Shown in pieces: positions 24,796 to 33,036 of a stretch of 64,000 nt of DNA. Every line of letters starts with the position of its first letter. Position 1 is the first letter of the stretch. Both the position numbers and the translations under genes were made by a program. The notes under the pieces are model-generated. The model had not been told where the DNA came from. It ran no database searches and saw only the letters and a program-made list of their open reading frames with translations. This DNA is from Bacteroidales bacterium (lineage in GTDB: Bacteria > Bacteroidota > Bacteroidia > Bacteroidales > WCHB1-69): assembly GCA_024400835.1 (NCBI GenBank), contig JAKSMC010000010.1, positions 3,071 through 67,070 on the forward strand, read 5' to 3'.

Positions 24796-26076
24796 ATGCA
24801 GACACAAATTCTAATTCTTATCATTGTATCGGTACTCAATCTTGTGGCGATTGTCGTTGCAGCAGTTGCTGTTGTCCGCCGTTTGTCGCGGGATAACAGT
24901 CAGGAACTGATGGAGCAATTTGCGCGCAAACTTTCAGAAGAGGGCCGAAACCAACGTGAGGAAATCCAACATTTGGCAGAGCATCTGCGACAAGAAACAG
25001 CCTTGCAGGCGCGTGCCCAAAGGGACGAGTTTTCCGCTTCTGTCACGCGCTTTCAAGATGCTTTTGATAAAAATACGCAGCGCCTGGTAGATGCACAAAA
25101 AGAGCAGTTTGCCCAAATGAACCAACGCCAAAAGGAATTGGTGGATACGACCGAACGCAAGTTGGAGGAGATGCGCAGCACGGTGGATGAAAAACTACAG
25201 AAGACTCTGAACGAACGCATTGGACAGTCGTTCCGCTTGGTAAGCGAACAATTGGAAAGTGTTCAAAAAGGCTTGGGCGAAATGAAATCCTTGGCCACGG
25301 ATGTCGGCGGACTGAAAAAGGTGCTCAGCAATGTGAAAGTCAGGGGCACCTTCGGGGAACTGCAACTGCAGCACCTGCTCGAACAGATGATGTCGCCGGA
25401 ACAATATGAGACTAATGTGCGCACGGCACACACGGGTAGCGAGCGTGTGGAATTTGCCATTAAACTGCCAGGCAAGGAAGAGGGTGACGGCTTTGTCTAT
25501 CTGCCGATAGATTCTAAGTTTCCGAAAGATGTGTATGAAGATTTTGCCGAAGCGCAGGAGTCGGGAGATACGGCTACTGCGGAGGAAAAGTCGAAACTGC
25601 TGGAAACGGTCATCAAGAAGATGGCAAAAGACATTCATGACAAATATCTTGATCCGCCATATACCACTGACTTTGCGATTATGTTCCTGCCGTTTGAAAA
25701 CATCTATGCGGAGGTGATTCGGCGTACCACGCTGATGGAGGAACTCCAGCGCACGCACCATGTGATGGTTACTGGTCCGACCACGTTGGGCGCTTTGCTG
25801 AGCAGTCTCCAGATGGGTTTCAGAACGCTTGCTATCCAAAAGCGCAGTAGTGAGGTTTGGAAGACTTTGGGCGTGGTAAAAGCGCAGTTTGAAAAATTCG
25901 GTGGGCTGTTAGACAAGGCTCAGCGCAACTTGCAGCAGGCCACTACGGCCATTGACACGCTGAAGGGAACGCGTACCAATGCCATCATACGTTCTCTTAA
26001 AGAGGTTGAAACCCTGCCGTTGGGCGATGAAGATGCGGTGAATATCCTTCCCATCCTCGATGATGACGACGTTTAG
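24796..26076 (+). CDS. rmuC: DNA recombination protein RmuC
   Basis: An N-terminal TM helix is followed by a long coiled-coil and then a C-terminal nuclease-like region: FAIMFLPFENIYAE...GPTTLGALL. Confidence 0.85.
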   Translation: MQTQILILIIVSVLNLVAIVVAAVAVVRRLSRDNSQELMEQFARKLSEEGRNQREEIQHLAEHLRQETALQARAQRDEFSASVTRFQDAFDKNTQRLVDAQKEQFAQMNQRQKELVDTTERKLEEMRSTVDEKLQKTLNERIGQSFRLVSEQLESVQKGLGEMKSLATDVGGLKKVLSNVKVRGTFGELQLQHLLEQMMSPEQYETNVRTAHTGSERVEFAIKLPGKEEGDGFVYLPIDSKFPKDVYEDFAEAQESGDTATAEEKSKLLETVIKKMAKDIHDKYLDPPYTTDFAIMFLPFENIYAEVIRRTTLMEELQRTHHVMVTGPTTLGALLSSLQMGFRTLAIQKRSSEVWKTLGVVKAQFEKFGGLLDKAQRNLQQATTAIDTLKGTRTNAIIRSLKEVETLPLGDEDAVNILPILDDDDV

Positions 26077-26310
26077 CCCACAGATTTTATTTGCTTTCCT
26101 ATTAGTCCATAGTTATCTTAGCATAGTGTTGAAGTTTGGAACTGATATTACTGAATAGTGAAGCAATCTTGTTTTCAAATATGGTTTAATATTTGAAATG
26201 AGGAAATCATCTTTCTGATAATGTACAAACCTACAGCAAACCGGCGGAAAAGCACTCAAAAAAATCACAATAAAAAAATCACGACATTCGTATTTGTGAG
26301 TAAAAAATAG

Positions 26311-26318
26311 TATTTTTG
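26311..26318 (+). promoter_or_regulatory. Putative -7 box for the Abi_2 gene
   Basis: TATTTTTG, 99 nt upstream of ATG 26417. Confidence 0.45.
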
Positions 26319-26376
26319 CCGCGTCATAAGTGCCAGTGTTCACAAGCTGTACATTTGCACTATAAAATGGACTTAT

Positions 26377-26405
26377 AGGATACTCAATGCGAGTATCCTT
26401 TTTTT
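26377..26405 (+). terminator. Terminator-like hairpin plus U-run inside the Abi_2 leader
   Basis: AGGATACTC-aatgc-GAGTATCCT is followed by TTTTTT. It lies between the putative -7 box (26311) and ATG 26417, and the alternative ATG 26387 sits in its loop. Confidence 0.5.
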
Positions 26406-26416
26406 ATCAGAGCACT

Positions 26417-27274
26417 ATGAAACTAGCAACAACCATACAAGAACAAATCCAATTGCTTCAAAACAGAGGAATGGAAATATCTGACATTCAAAAAGCTGGT
26501 GAGATTTTATCAGATATTGGCTATTACCGTTTGGGATTCTATTGGTTCCCTATGGAAAAGAATGTAAAAGGGGTCAGAAATCATCTTTTTAAGCAAGGCA
26601 CAAGATTTGAATCTGCAGTGGAGTTGTACTATTTCGATAATGATTTGAGAAAACTGCTCCTCCCGTATATCCTACGAGTAGAGGTTAATTTTAGAACACA
26701 TCTCATTTACCTTGCTTCTAATCAGTATAAGAACGAACCGACTTGGTTTGTTGATCCCAGGTATGTAAATCAAAAATACATCAATGAGTTTCTGGTAACA
26801 TATTTAGATATTAAAAAGAATACCATTATTCAAAAGCATCATAGAAAATACCCACATGACACTTATGCGCCAGCTTGGAAAACTCTTGAATATGCAACTT
26901 TCGGTCAAATAACTTTACTGTATCAATCGCTTAATGATAAAAGCCTGCAAAATGATCTCGCTTGGCAATATAATATTAGGAACCTGAAAGTATTTCGTAG
27001 TTATCTGACGACAATTCGTTATTTGCGAAACATTTGCGCGCATGGTCATACCTTGTACGATGTGCAGTTGCCGCAAAGTATTCTTACAGGTCCATTAGAA
27101 CTGCATAACGATGACACGCATAATCTGGTTGGTGCAATAAAAGTGCTTGAATACCTTTTACAGAGCATATCCCTAAACAGAGCGTCTGACTTGAAAAGTG
27201 ACATTGTCAAACTTCTTGATGCTGCAAGTCCGGAAATATTCTCCTTGGTTTCTTATTTAAGAGGCATTATATAA
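26417..27274 (+). CDS. Abi_2 (AbiD/AbiF-like) abortive-infection family protein
   Basis: IGYYRLGFYWFP, LRKLLLPYILRVEVNFRT and YLRNICAHGHTLYD are typical Abi_2 blocks. The gene is AT-rich. The ORF track starts at 26387, inside a hairpin loop; MKLATT (26417) is preferred. Confidence 0.8.
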   Translation: MKLATTIQEQIQLLQNRGMEISDIQKAGEILSDIGYYRLGFYWFPMEKNVKGVRNHLFKQGTRFESAVELYYFDNDLRKLLLPYILRVEVNFRTHLIYLASNQYKNEPTWFVDPRYVNQKYINEFLVTYLDIKKNTIIQKHHRKYPHDTYAPAWKTLEYATFGQITLLYQSLNDKSLQNDLAWQYNIRNLKVFRSYLTTIRYLRNICAHGHTLYDVQLPQSILTGPLELHNDDTHNLVGAIKVLEYLLQSISLNRASDLKSDIVKLLDAASPEIFSLVSYLRGII

Positions 27275-27476
27275 ACTTCCGGTATGCCATTTTTACATTA
27301 TTTTGATTTACAATAGCATATCTTAAGGTTGTGTCTATTCTTACATGGCCAAGCAGTCTTTGCACCTGCTCAATCGGCATACCTTTGTCAATAGCCATCG
27401 TCGCCAATGTTCTTTTGAATTTATGAGGATGTACCTAGTCTATGCCGAATTGCTTTCCAAGTAGTTTTAGCAAAAT
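27267..27476 (-). pseudogene. 3' fragment of a tyrosine recombinase (integrase) gene with an in-frame stop and no N-terminal part
   Basis: Manual minus-strand translation gives ...LLKLLGKQFGID*VHPHKFKRTLATMAIDKGMPIEQVQRLLGHVRIDTTLRYAIVNQNNVKMAYRKFI*. It carries the HxxR, LLGH and catalytic-Tyr (TTLRY) boxes. The TAG lies at 27437-27435. Nothing integrase-like is visible further upstream. Confidence 0.7.
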
Positions 27477-27537
27477 TCAACTCCACCTATAGTCAACCGA
27501 TTAGGTGAATCTTTATGTAACGTCTCTCTCCCCAAAG

Positions 27538-28011
27538 TTATTCACCCTCCGCTTTGCATCCGTGGAAGTGCCACTCTTCTGCGGCCTTTTCTGGCGTGAT
27601 GAAGGCGTAGGTCAGTTTCCCGACGGAGCAGAGCACGCCTTCGTCATTGTATAGCGAAACCTCGATATAGGCCAGATGCCGGCGCGTTTCCAGAAGGTGC
27701 GCCCGCAAGGTGATGGGCTTGCTGGTCATCATTACGGGCTTCTTGTAGCGGACCTCCAAATTGGCAGTAACGCCCGTGGTCTGCAATTTGCGGTTCACGA
27801 CCCATTCGGCAATCTCGTCGATGAGCGCCGCCTGGATGCCGCCGTGCAAGGTGTTTACCCAGCCTTGGAAATGGTCGCGGGGATTCCAAACGGAGACAAT
27901 GTCTTCACCGTCTTCGTAAAATTCCATCCGTAGTCCGCCTTCGTTTGTCGGACAACAGCCAAAGCAATAGTAACCTTCAAGTCCTTCCCAGGGATTTTGC
28001 AAACGCTTCAT
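27538..28011 (-). CDS. PaaI/hotdog-fold thioesterase
   Basis: 157 aa with N-terminal CFGCCPTNEGGLRM and the hotdog core LHGGIQAALIDE. Confidence 0.75.
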   Translation of the reverse strand: MKRLQNPWEGLEGYYCFGCCPTNEGGLRMEFYEDGEDIVSVWNPRDHFQGWVNTLHGGIQAALIDEIAEWVVNRKLQTTGVTANLEVRYKKPVMMTSKPITLRAHLLETRRHLAYIEVSLYNDEGVLCSVGKLTYAFITPEKAAEEWHFHGCKAEGE

Positions 28012-28154
28012 AGTCGTGAATTAATGTGAGTGTGATATGATTATTTGAAAATGAATAATATAACGATGTCGTATGTGTGCTTGTGGTACTCAGTCGAAAT
28101 ATAAATCGTTATGTTAGCCGATGGTAAAAATGCCGGAACCAGGTGCCTAATATA

Positions 28155-28412
28155 TTATTGTTTGTTGAGGAAATCGACGATGTGTCGGAGTACCTTCCGT
28201 TGTCGGTTGATGATGAGGTGGTTCTCGCCGTGTACGAGATGAAACTCTGGAGCAGGGTAGAGGTCGCGATACTTCTCGCTGCACCACAGGGGCACAATGC
28301 CATCGCGGTCGCCGTGGATGATGCAGGCGGGTCCCTGTAGTTTGGCGGTTTGACAGGAAGAAAAAGATACTGCTATCAGCGTTATGGAAATCAAAAAAGA
28401 CAATATACGCAT
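28155..28412 (-). pseudogene. Remnant of an alpha/beta hydrolase: lipoprotein signal peptide fused directly to the C-terminal ~60 aa
   Basis: MRILSFLISITLIAVSFSSC is followed by IIHGDRDGIVP...HGENHLI, which holds the acid and His of the triad. There is no GxSxG nucleophile region. The ORF is only 85 aa. Confidence 0.55.
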
Positions 28413-28424
28413 AAGGATAGGGTT

Positions 28425-30356
28425 TTAGTTGTCGTTTCTTACGATTACCGTCTTTATGTTGGAGTCGAACGCGGCGCGCTGCCCCTCCGTCATAAATTCG
28501 CGAATGACCATACGGTCGGCGACGAAGTCCAGCTCGTTGCGCTTCACCTCGGTGAGCGTGCCGTCGGGATTCAGCGTGCCCGCGTAGTGCTTCGGCGCGC
28601 GGATGAGCGTGGCCAAGTAGATGCACTCCGGCATCGTGAGCTCGTAGGGACGCTTGTGGAAGTAGAACTCGGCGGCCTCGCCAATGCCGATGACCCCGGG
28701 CGCCCATTCCACGATGTTGACGTAAATTTCAAACATCCTCTCCTTGCTGATGAGGTGCTGGTCCTCAATCAGCCACACCAACAGTATCTCTTCGAATTTG
28801 CGGGTGAGCACTTTCTTTCTGCTTAAGAATAGATTCTTTACCAACTGCTGCGTAATGGTGCTGCCGCCGCGACGCATCTTGCCGGCCTTGATGTCGGCTG
28901 CCAACGCGTTCTCCATTGCGGACTTGCAGAATCCGTTGTGCACGAAGAAGGCACCGTCTTCCGATGCCAGGATGGCCTGCTTCAGCAACTCTGGAATTTC
29001 GTACGAAGGACAGAAGTAGGGGTTGTTAGGTCCGATCCACAACGAGCGCACGGGCTCGCCGTTGTCGTAAAACGTGTATTCGAATTGGTCGTTGAAACGT
29101 GTGATCTCGCCTAAGCCCTCGGCAACGCGTACCGAACGCTGGCTGTTTACGAAGTTGAAGTCGAAATCCAAACTGTCAACACACCCGAAATCACAATCGA
29201 ACAGGCAGTTGAAGCCCATCTTGCCCGTGACTTTCATGTTGGGGATGACTTGGAACAGGTCGGCAGGCAGGGAGGCGAACAGCGGTTCTGCATCACGGTC
29301 TTTTTCGTTGATTTTGAAAACAATGCGTTTGCTCTTGTCATTGGAAAACCGGACGTAGGGGTGCAGCGTTGCGCGGTTGAGCTTCACCACGGAGGTGGAA
29401 TCCAGCTCTATGGCTTTGGCGAAGACCGACATCTTGAGGTCGGCCCCGACGGAGTCGATGCGCACGGGCACATCGGCGATGTAGTGGTGCTCGCACTGCA
29501 GCCCGCGGATAGTGCCCGACAGCGTGCAGTCGGTGTGCTTCTTGTTGGATTTCAGCAGGGTGAACTGCCCCTTGGCTTCGTGCAACTGCACATCCAGTTC
29601 CTCGAAAACCTTCAGGAAGGGTAGGGACCCGACGGTTTGCGCACCGCCCTCCCGGACTAACTCGCCGCCGTATTGCTGCTTCTTTCTGTCAACATTGCAG
29701 GCGATGGACCACGATTCGGGACGCGCGCTGCCGTCTTGCACAACCGCTCTGCCCGTGCCTTTGCCGTTGCGCATCTCCCAGTCCGTGATGGTGTAGCGAA
29801 CGTGCGAGGTGTCAATGTCCGTGACGGCTGTGAGCTTGTCGATTTCCATATGTGTGGGACAGATATCACTGACTTTGCCTAACAACTTCGTAACCAGTTT
29901 CTGATAGTTGCGTTCGGACTTGGTGCCGTCGCCCTTGCTTTTGATGAAATTGTAATTGCATTTCCCATTTTGCTTTACCGCATGGATGTTCAGATTGTTG
30001 GCTTCAATATCTTTAATAATGAGCGTGCGTTTGAAGCCTTTCCAGACCTGCACTTTGGTGCGGATTTTGTCGGAGTGGAGAAACGGTTCAGAGGCTTTCT
30101 TGTCCTGCACGGTGAGATCGTTGATGCGGATGTCGAAAGTGCCGAAGATCGAGTAGTGGACGATTTTCAACTGGCCTATATCGATGTTGACGTTGCGTTC
30201 CTGTTCCACTTTGGCGATTTTTTTATGGATGGCCTGTTTTGCGAAAACAGTAACTAACAGGCCAAGCGTGATGAGCAACACTAAAATTGCACTGCCAACG
30301 GCAATGCTGACTTTGCCTTTTTTAGAAGAAAGTTTTTTGAAAAAATGCCAATTCAT
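28425..30356 (-). CDS. Peptidoglycan glycosyltransferase (GT51 transglycosylase domain) with long N-terminal membrane-anchored extension
   Basis: The C-terminal ASEDGAFFVHNGF and RRGGSTITQQLVKN are GT51 motifs. The start is set at MNWHFFKKLSSKKGKVSIAVGSAILVLL (ATG 30356). Confidence 0.85.
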   Translation of the reverse strand: MNWHFFKKLSSKKGKVSIAVGSAILVLLITLGLLVTVFAKQAIHKKIAKVEQERNVNIDIGQLKIVHYSIFGTFDIRINDLTVQDKKASEPFLHSDKIRTKVQVWKGFKRTLIIKDIEANNLNIHAVKQNGKCNYNFIKSKGDGTKSERNYQKLVTKLLGKVSDICPTHMEIDKLTAVTDIDTSHVRYTITDWEMRNGKGTGRAVVQDGSARPESWSIACNVDRKKQQYGGELVREGGAQTVGSLPFLKVFEELDVQLHEAKGQFTLLKSNKKHTDCTLSGTIRGLQCEHHYIADVPVRIDSVGADLKMSVFAKAIELDSTSVVKLNRATLHPYVRFSNDKSKRIVFKINEKDRDAEPLFASLPADLFQVIPNMKVTGKMGFNCLFDCDFGCVDSLDFDFNFVNSQRSVRVAEGLGEITRFNDQFEYTFYDNGEPVRSLWIGPNNPYFCPSYEIPELLKQAILASEDGAFFVHNGFCKSAMENALAADIKAGKMRRGGSTITQQLVKNLFLSRKKVLTRKFEEILLVWLIEDQHLISKERMFEIYVNIVEWAPGVIGIGEAAEFYFHKRPYELTMPECIYLATLIRAPKHYAGTLNPDGTLTEVKRNELDFVADRMVIREFMTEGQRAAFDSNIKTVIVRNDN

Positions 30357-30428
30357 TGCACCGAATTTATGAGGGTGCAAAAGTGCATTTTTTTTCTTTT
30401 TTTGTACACGGTTGAGCAATAACATTTG

Positions 30429-30436
30429 TACTTTTG
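30429..30436 (+). promoter_or_regulatory. Putative -7 box for lipoprotein gene 30469..31218
   Basis: TACTTTTG, 33 nt upstream of ATG 30469. Confidence 0.5.
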
Positions 30437-30468
30437 CGTTCCTTTCGCTTTATCATAATATCCTGCCT

Positions 30469-31218
30469 ATGAAATTGTCTACGTACTCCTATTGCTTCTT
30501 GTTTTTATTGTTATCTGTAATGGCCACGAGTTGCCGAGCCGGCAATGCGCCCGAAGACTCCATCCCTCATCCGATGATGGCCAAGGTGGATTCCACCAAG
30601 CATCTCTATTTTTACAAACCGGACCAGTACCATATGGACATTGTCTGCGGCGAGCGGCCCGATACGTTGGATAACAATGTCATCTTCTGTGCGGAAGCGG
30701 CGTTTACTGGAAAAATCGTGGACTCTTTCTACCATACCAATATCGCTGGCAACCACGTCTGTGGCGGCGAATTTCACAAAGGTTACGAGTGCAAGGCCAA
30801 TTCCGGTGGCTTTATCTTCTATAAGGATAACCATTGGGCTTTCTTGAAAAAGGCCGACTACAACGCCAAGTTGAAGGATACGAACATACAATGCGCCTAC
30901 GAACAGGCTATGGTCGTCAACAATGGGGTGGTCTATCACCCCTATTTGATGAAGCCCGAGCGCCAGGAGATTTATCGTGCTTTGTGCGAGAACAAAGACG
31001 GCGAACTGATGGTGGTGACGGCCAAAGAGGACATCGCCTACGAGAAATTCGTGCAGGCATTGGTCAGCGAGTTGGATGTCAGAAACGCCCTCTATATGGA
31101 TATGGGCATTGGCTGGAACTATTCGTGGTACCGCAACGAGGATTCCACGTTTACGTCCTATTTTCCGATGGCCAAGTGGACGCAGTATCAGACAAATTGG
31201 CTGATCTTCAAAAGGTAG
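30469..31218 (+). CDS. Lipoprotein, possibly phosphodiester-glycosidase-like
   Basis: The start is set at MKLSTYSYCFLFLLLSVMATSC (lipobox). The block YRALCENKDGELMVVTAKEDIAYEKFVQALVSELDVRNALYMDMG loosely resembles the DUF2233 pattern. The function is uncertain. Confidence 0.6.
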   Translation: MKLSTYSYCFLFLLLSVMATSCRAGNAPEDSIPHPMMAKVDSTKHLYFYKPDQYHMDIVCGERPDTLDNNVIFCAEAAFTGKIVDSFYHTNIAGNHVCGGEFHKGYECKANSGGFIFYKDNHWAFLKKADYNAKLKDTNIQCAYEQAMVVNNGVVYHPYLMKPERQEIYRALCENKDGELMVVTAKEDIAYEKFVQALVSELDVRNALYMDMGIGWNYSWYRNEDSTFTSYFPMAKWTQYQTNWLIFKR

Positions 31219-31344
31219 CAGGTGACTATTAACTTCTTGCCACTGCTGTGGTTGGGGATTCCGCTGCACTCCCTCCAGTCGCTTGCGGAATGGTGGGGCT
31301 TTTCGGGTGGGAAGACCGAATGGGCGGTGGCGCGCCCCATTCCG

Positions 31345-31395
31345 CAAGACCGACGGCAGGAGGTCGAAGCGGAATCTCCACAATATACTGTTGAG
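31345..31395 (+). repeat. Copy 1 of a 51-nt direct repeat bracketing the FISUMP gene pair
   Basis: CAAGACCGACGGCAGGAGGTCGAAGCGGAATCTCCACAATATACTGTTGAG differs from 37861-37911 by 2 mismatches. It is preceded by two hairpins with ATTCCGC/GCGGAAT stems (31259-31290 and 31339-31375). Confidence 0.8.
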
Positions 31396-31461
31396 AATTG
31401 ATAATGGGGATTCGTGTGTTTTTTTTAGGTCAACTTGTATATAGTTATACGATTTTTTCAC

Positions 31462-31469
31462 TATGTTTG
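31462..31469 (+). promoter_or_regulatory. Putative -7 box for the FISUMP gene pair (long leader)
   Basis: TATGTTTG, 235 nt upstream of ATG 31704. Confidence 0.3.
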
Positions 31470-31703
31470 CGGCTTTATTGATAAAAACTATCGGTATTGC
31501 GGAAATGTACTTATAACTTATTGATTAGTTATCCTCTATACGTGTCGGCATGCTGTGCTCGCAGTCGTTGTGGGGTAGGTGGTGTTTTGTCCGGAATTTT
31601 CCCAAAAGTTCAAAATCTCAAAGTTTTAGATTTCAGGGCTCAGATTCCCATTTCCAAATTTTCACATTGAACAAAGATTAATTATTATCATAAATTACTA
31701 AAA

Positions 31704-32924
31704 ATGAAAAAGATATTCCTCGCTTTAGTCTTGTTGGCAGCCGTTATGCAAGTGACATTCGCGCAGTGTGGATTTGTGACCGTTGCCTACGATGACGACG
31801 TCACGCGCAGCGCCGCGTCGGTGGGCCAGATGTTCACCTTAGGCATCTCCAATGACGGCAACTATGCTAACGAAGGCCTCCAGCAGTCGTTCCTCTACCG
31901 TGGCAACGACACGCTGCTCTACGAGAACAGCAGCTACCCCGTGGCCTATCGACCGGCCGAACGCATTCCGGCAGGCAATCCGCTGAATGTGGAAGTCGGC
32001 GAGACGCCGGTCTATCTGCTGCCCACGCAGGGCCTCGACTCCCTGATCAGCGTGATGGCCTACGGTGTGACCTTTGTCAACGACACCACTGTGGTGGCTC
32101 CTTACAACGTGTGCGAGCACAACTTCGGCTTGCAGCAGCCCTTAGTGCTGCCCGACGGCTCCGTGCCGCCTGTGCAATATAGCAATAATAAACCCGCCAC
32201 GTACCCCGTGGGCGCTGCCACTTCCGTGACCTGGAACTTCAGCGTGGCCGACAAGTCACTGACCGATATCCAGCAGGTGAACGTCAAGTTCCCACCCTGC
32301 GGCACGGACAATTTCAATGCTGACATTGCCAATTATCCGTATTCCACCACTTTGCCGGATCCTTTTGTGGCCACCGACTTTGAAAACAACGAGTACAGCA
32401 CGGTGCGCATCGACTGCTACTGCTGGACGGCTGAGAACCTGAAATCCACGAAGTACGCTGACGGAGAAAACATTTCCAATCCTATGGCATACGTGAGTGC
32501 TGAGCACCCTGATGCGGCCGCCAACGTGGCCCGCTATGGTTATCTTTACAACTGGGATGACGCAGTGCGCGCGCCCCTCGCTCCTGAAGCCACCGAAGTG
32601 CAGGGTGTCTGCCCCGATGGCTGGCATCTGCCCACGGAGGCAGAGTTCGCAAGTCTGGCCAACCACTCCGCCTTCGAACTGATGTCAACCACGGACTGGC
32701 TTAGCGGCGAGGGTACTAACGCTACGGGCTTCACCGCGCTGCCCGCCGGCAAATATACAGACGTCCGTTTCGAGAACCTCTTGGGCGAAACCCACTTCTG
32801 GACCGAGACTTCCGTGTCAGCCACCATCGCCCGCTACTGCTCCCTGATGCACGGCTGCTCTGAACTCGCCAACTACAACGGCAACAAGGTGAACGGAAAA
32901 AGCGTCCGCTGCCTGAAAAATTAG
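31704..32924 (+). CDS. Secreted protein with one C-terminal FISUMP (Fibrobacter succinogenes major paralogous) domain
   Basis: Signal peptide ending FAQ. The C-terminal YSTVRIDCYCWTAENLKSTKY...YGYLYNWDDAV...GVCPDGWHLPTEAEF...GFTALPAGKY...FWTETS...SVRCLKN has the TIGR02145-like pattern. Confidence 0.8.
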   Translation: MKKIFLALVLLAAVMQVTFAQCGFVTVAYDDDVTRSAASVGQMFTLGISNDGNYANEGLQQSFLYRGNDTLLYENSSYPVAYRPAERIPAGNPLNVEVGETPVYLLPTQGLDSLISVMAYGVTFVNDTTVVAPYNVCEHNFGLQQPLVLPDGSVPPVQYSNNKPATYPVGAATSVTWNFSVADKSLTDIQQVNVKFPPCGTDNFNADIANYPYSTTLPDPFVATDFENNEYSTVRIDCYCWTAENLKSTKYADGENISNPMAYVSAEHPDAAANVARYGYLYNWDDAVRAPLAPEATEVQGVCPDGWHLPTEAEFASLANHSAFELMSTTDWLSGEGTNATGFTALPAGKYTDVRFENLLGETHFWTETSVSATIARYCSLMHGCSELANYNGNKVNGKSVRCLKN

Positions 32925-33002
32925 GGCTCAGAAATTAGGGTTCAGGGCTTAGGGCTTAGGGATGTCTACTAATCTACTAATCTACATCTCTACCCATCTA
33001 CA
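32921..33002 (+). repeat. TTAGGG-like G-tract (G3N4 x4) followed by TCTACnnn x5 tract, starting in the FISUMP-1 stop codon
   Basis: The GGG runs are at 32924, 32938, 32945, 32952 and 32959. The TCTAC-period-8 tract spans 32965-33002. Confidence 0.85.
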
Positions 33003-33036
33003 TAGCTTAATATTGTAATAACTCAATAATTTAACA

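Noticed and set aside
30511-31461. ORFs 30511..31461(-) and 37528..37899(-) share the peptide WRFRF(D/E)LLPSVL, which suggested a conserved small protein.
   Set aside because: The shared peptide is simply the translation of the 51-nt DNA repeat. Similarity stops at the repeat borders, and the first ORF is antisense to a good lipoprotein gene.
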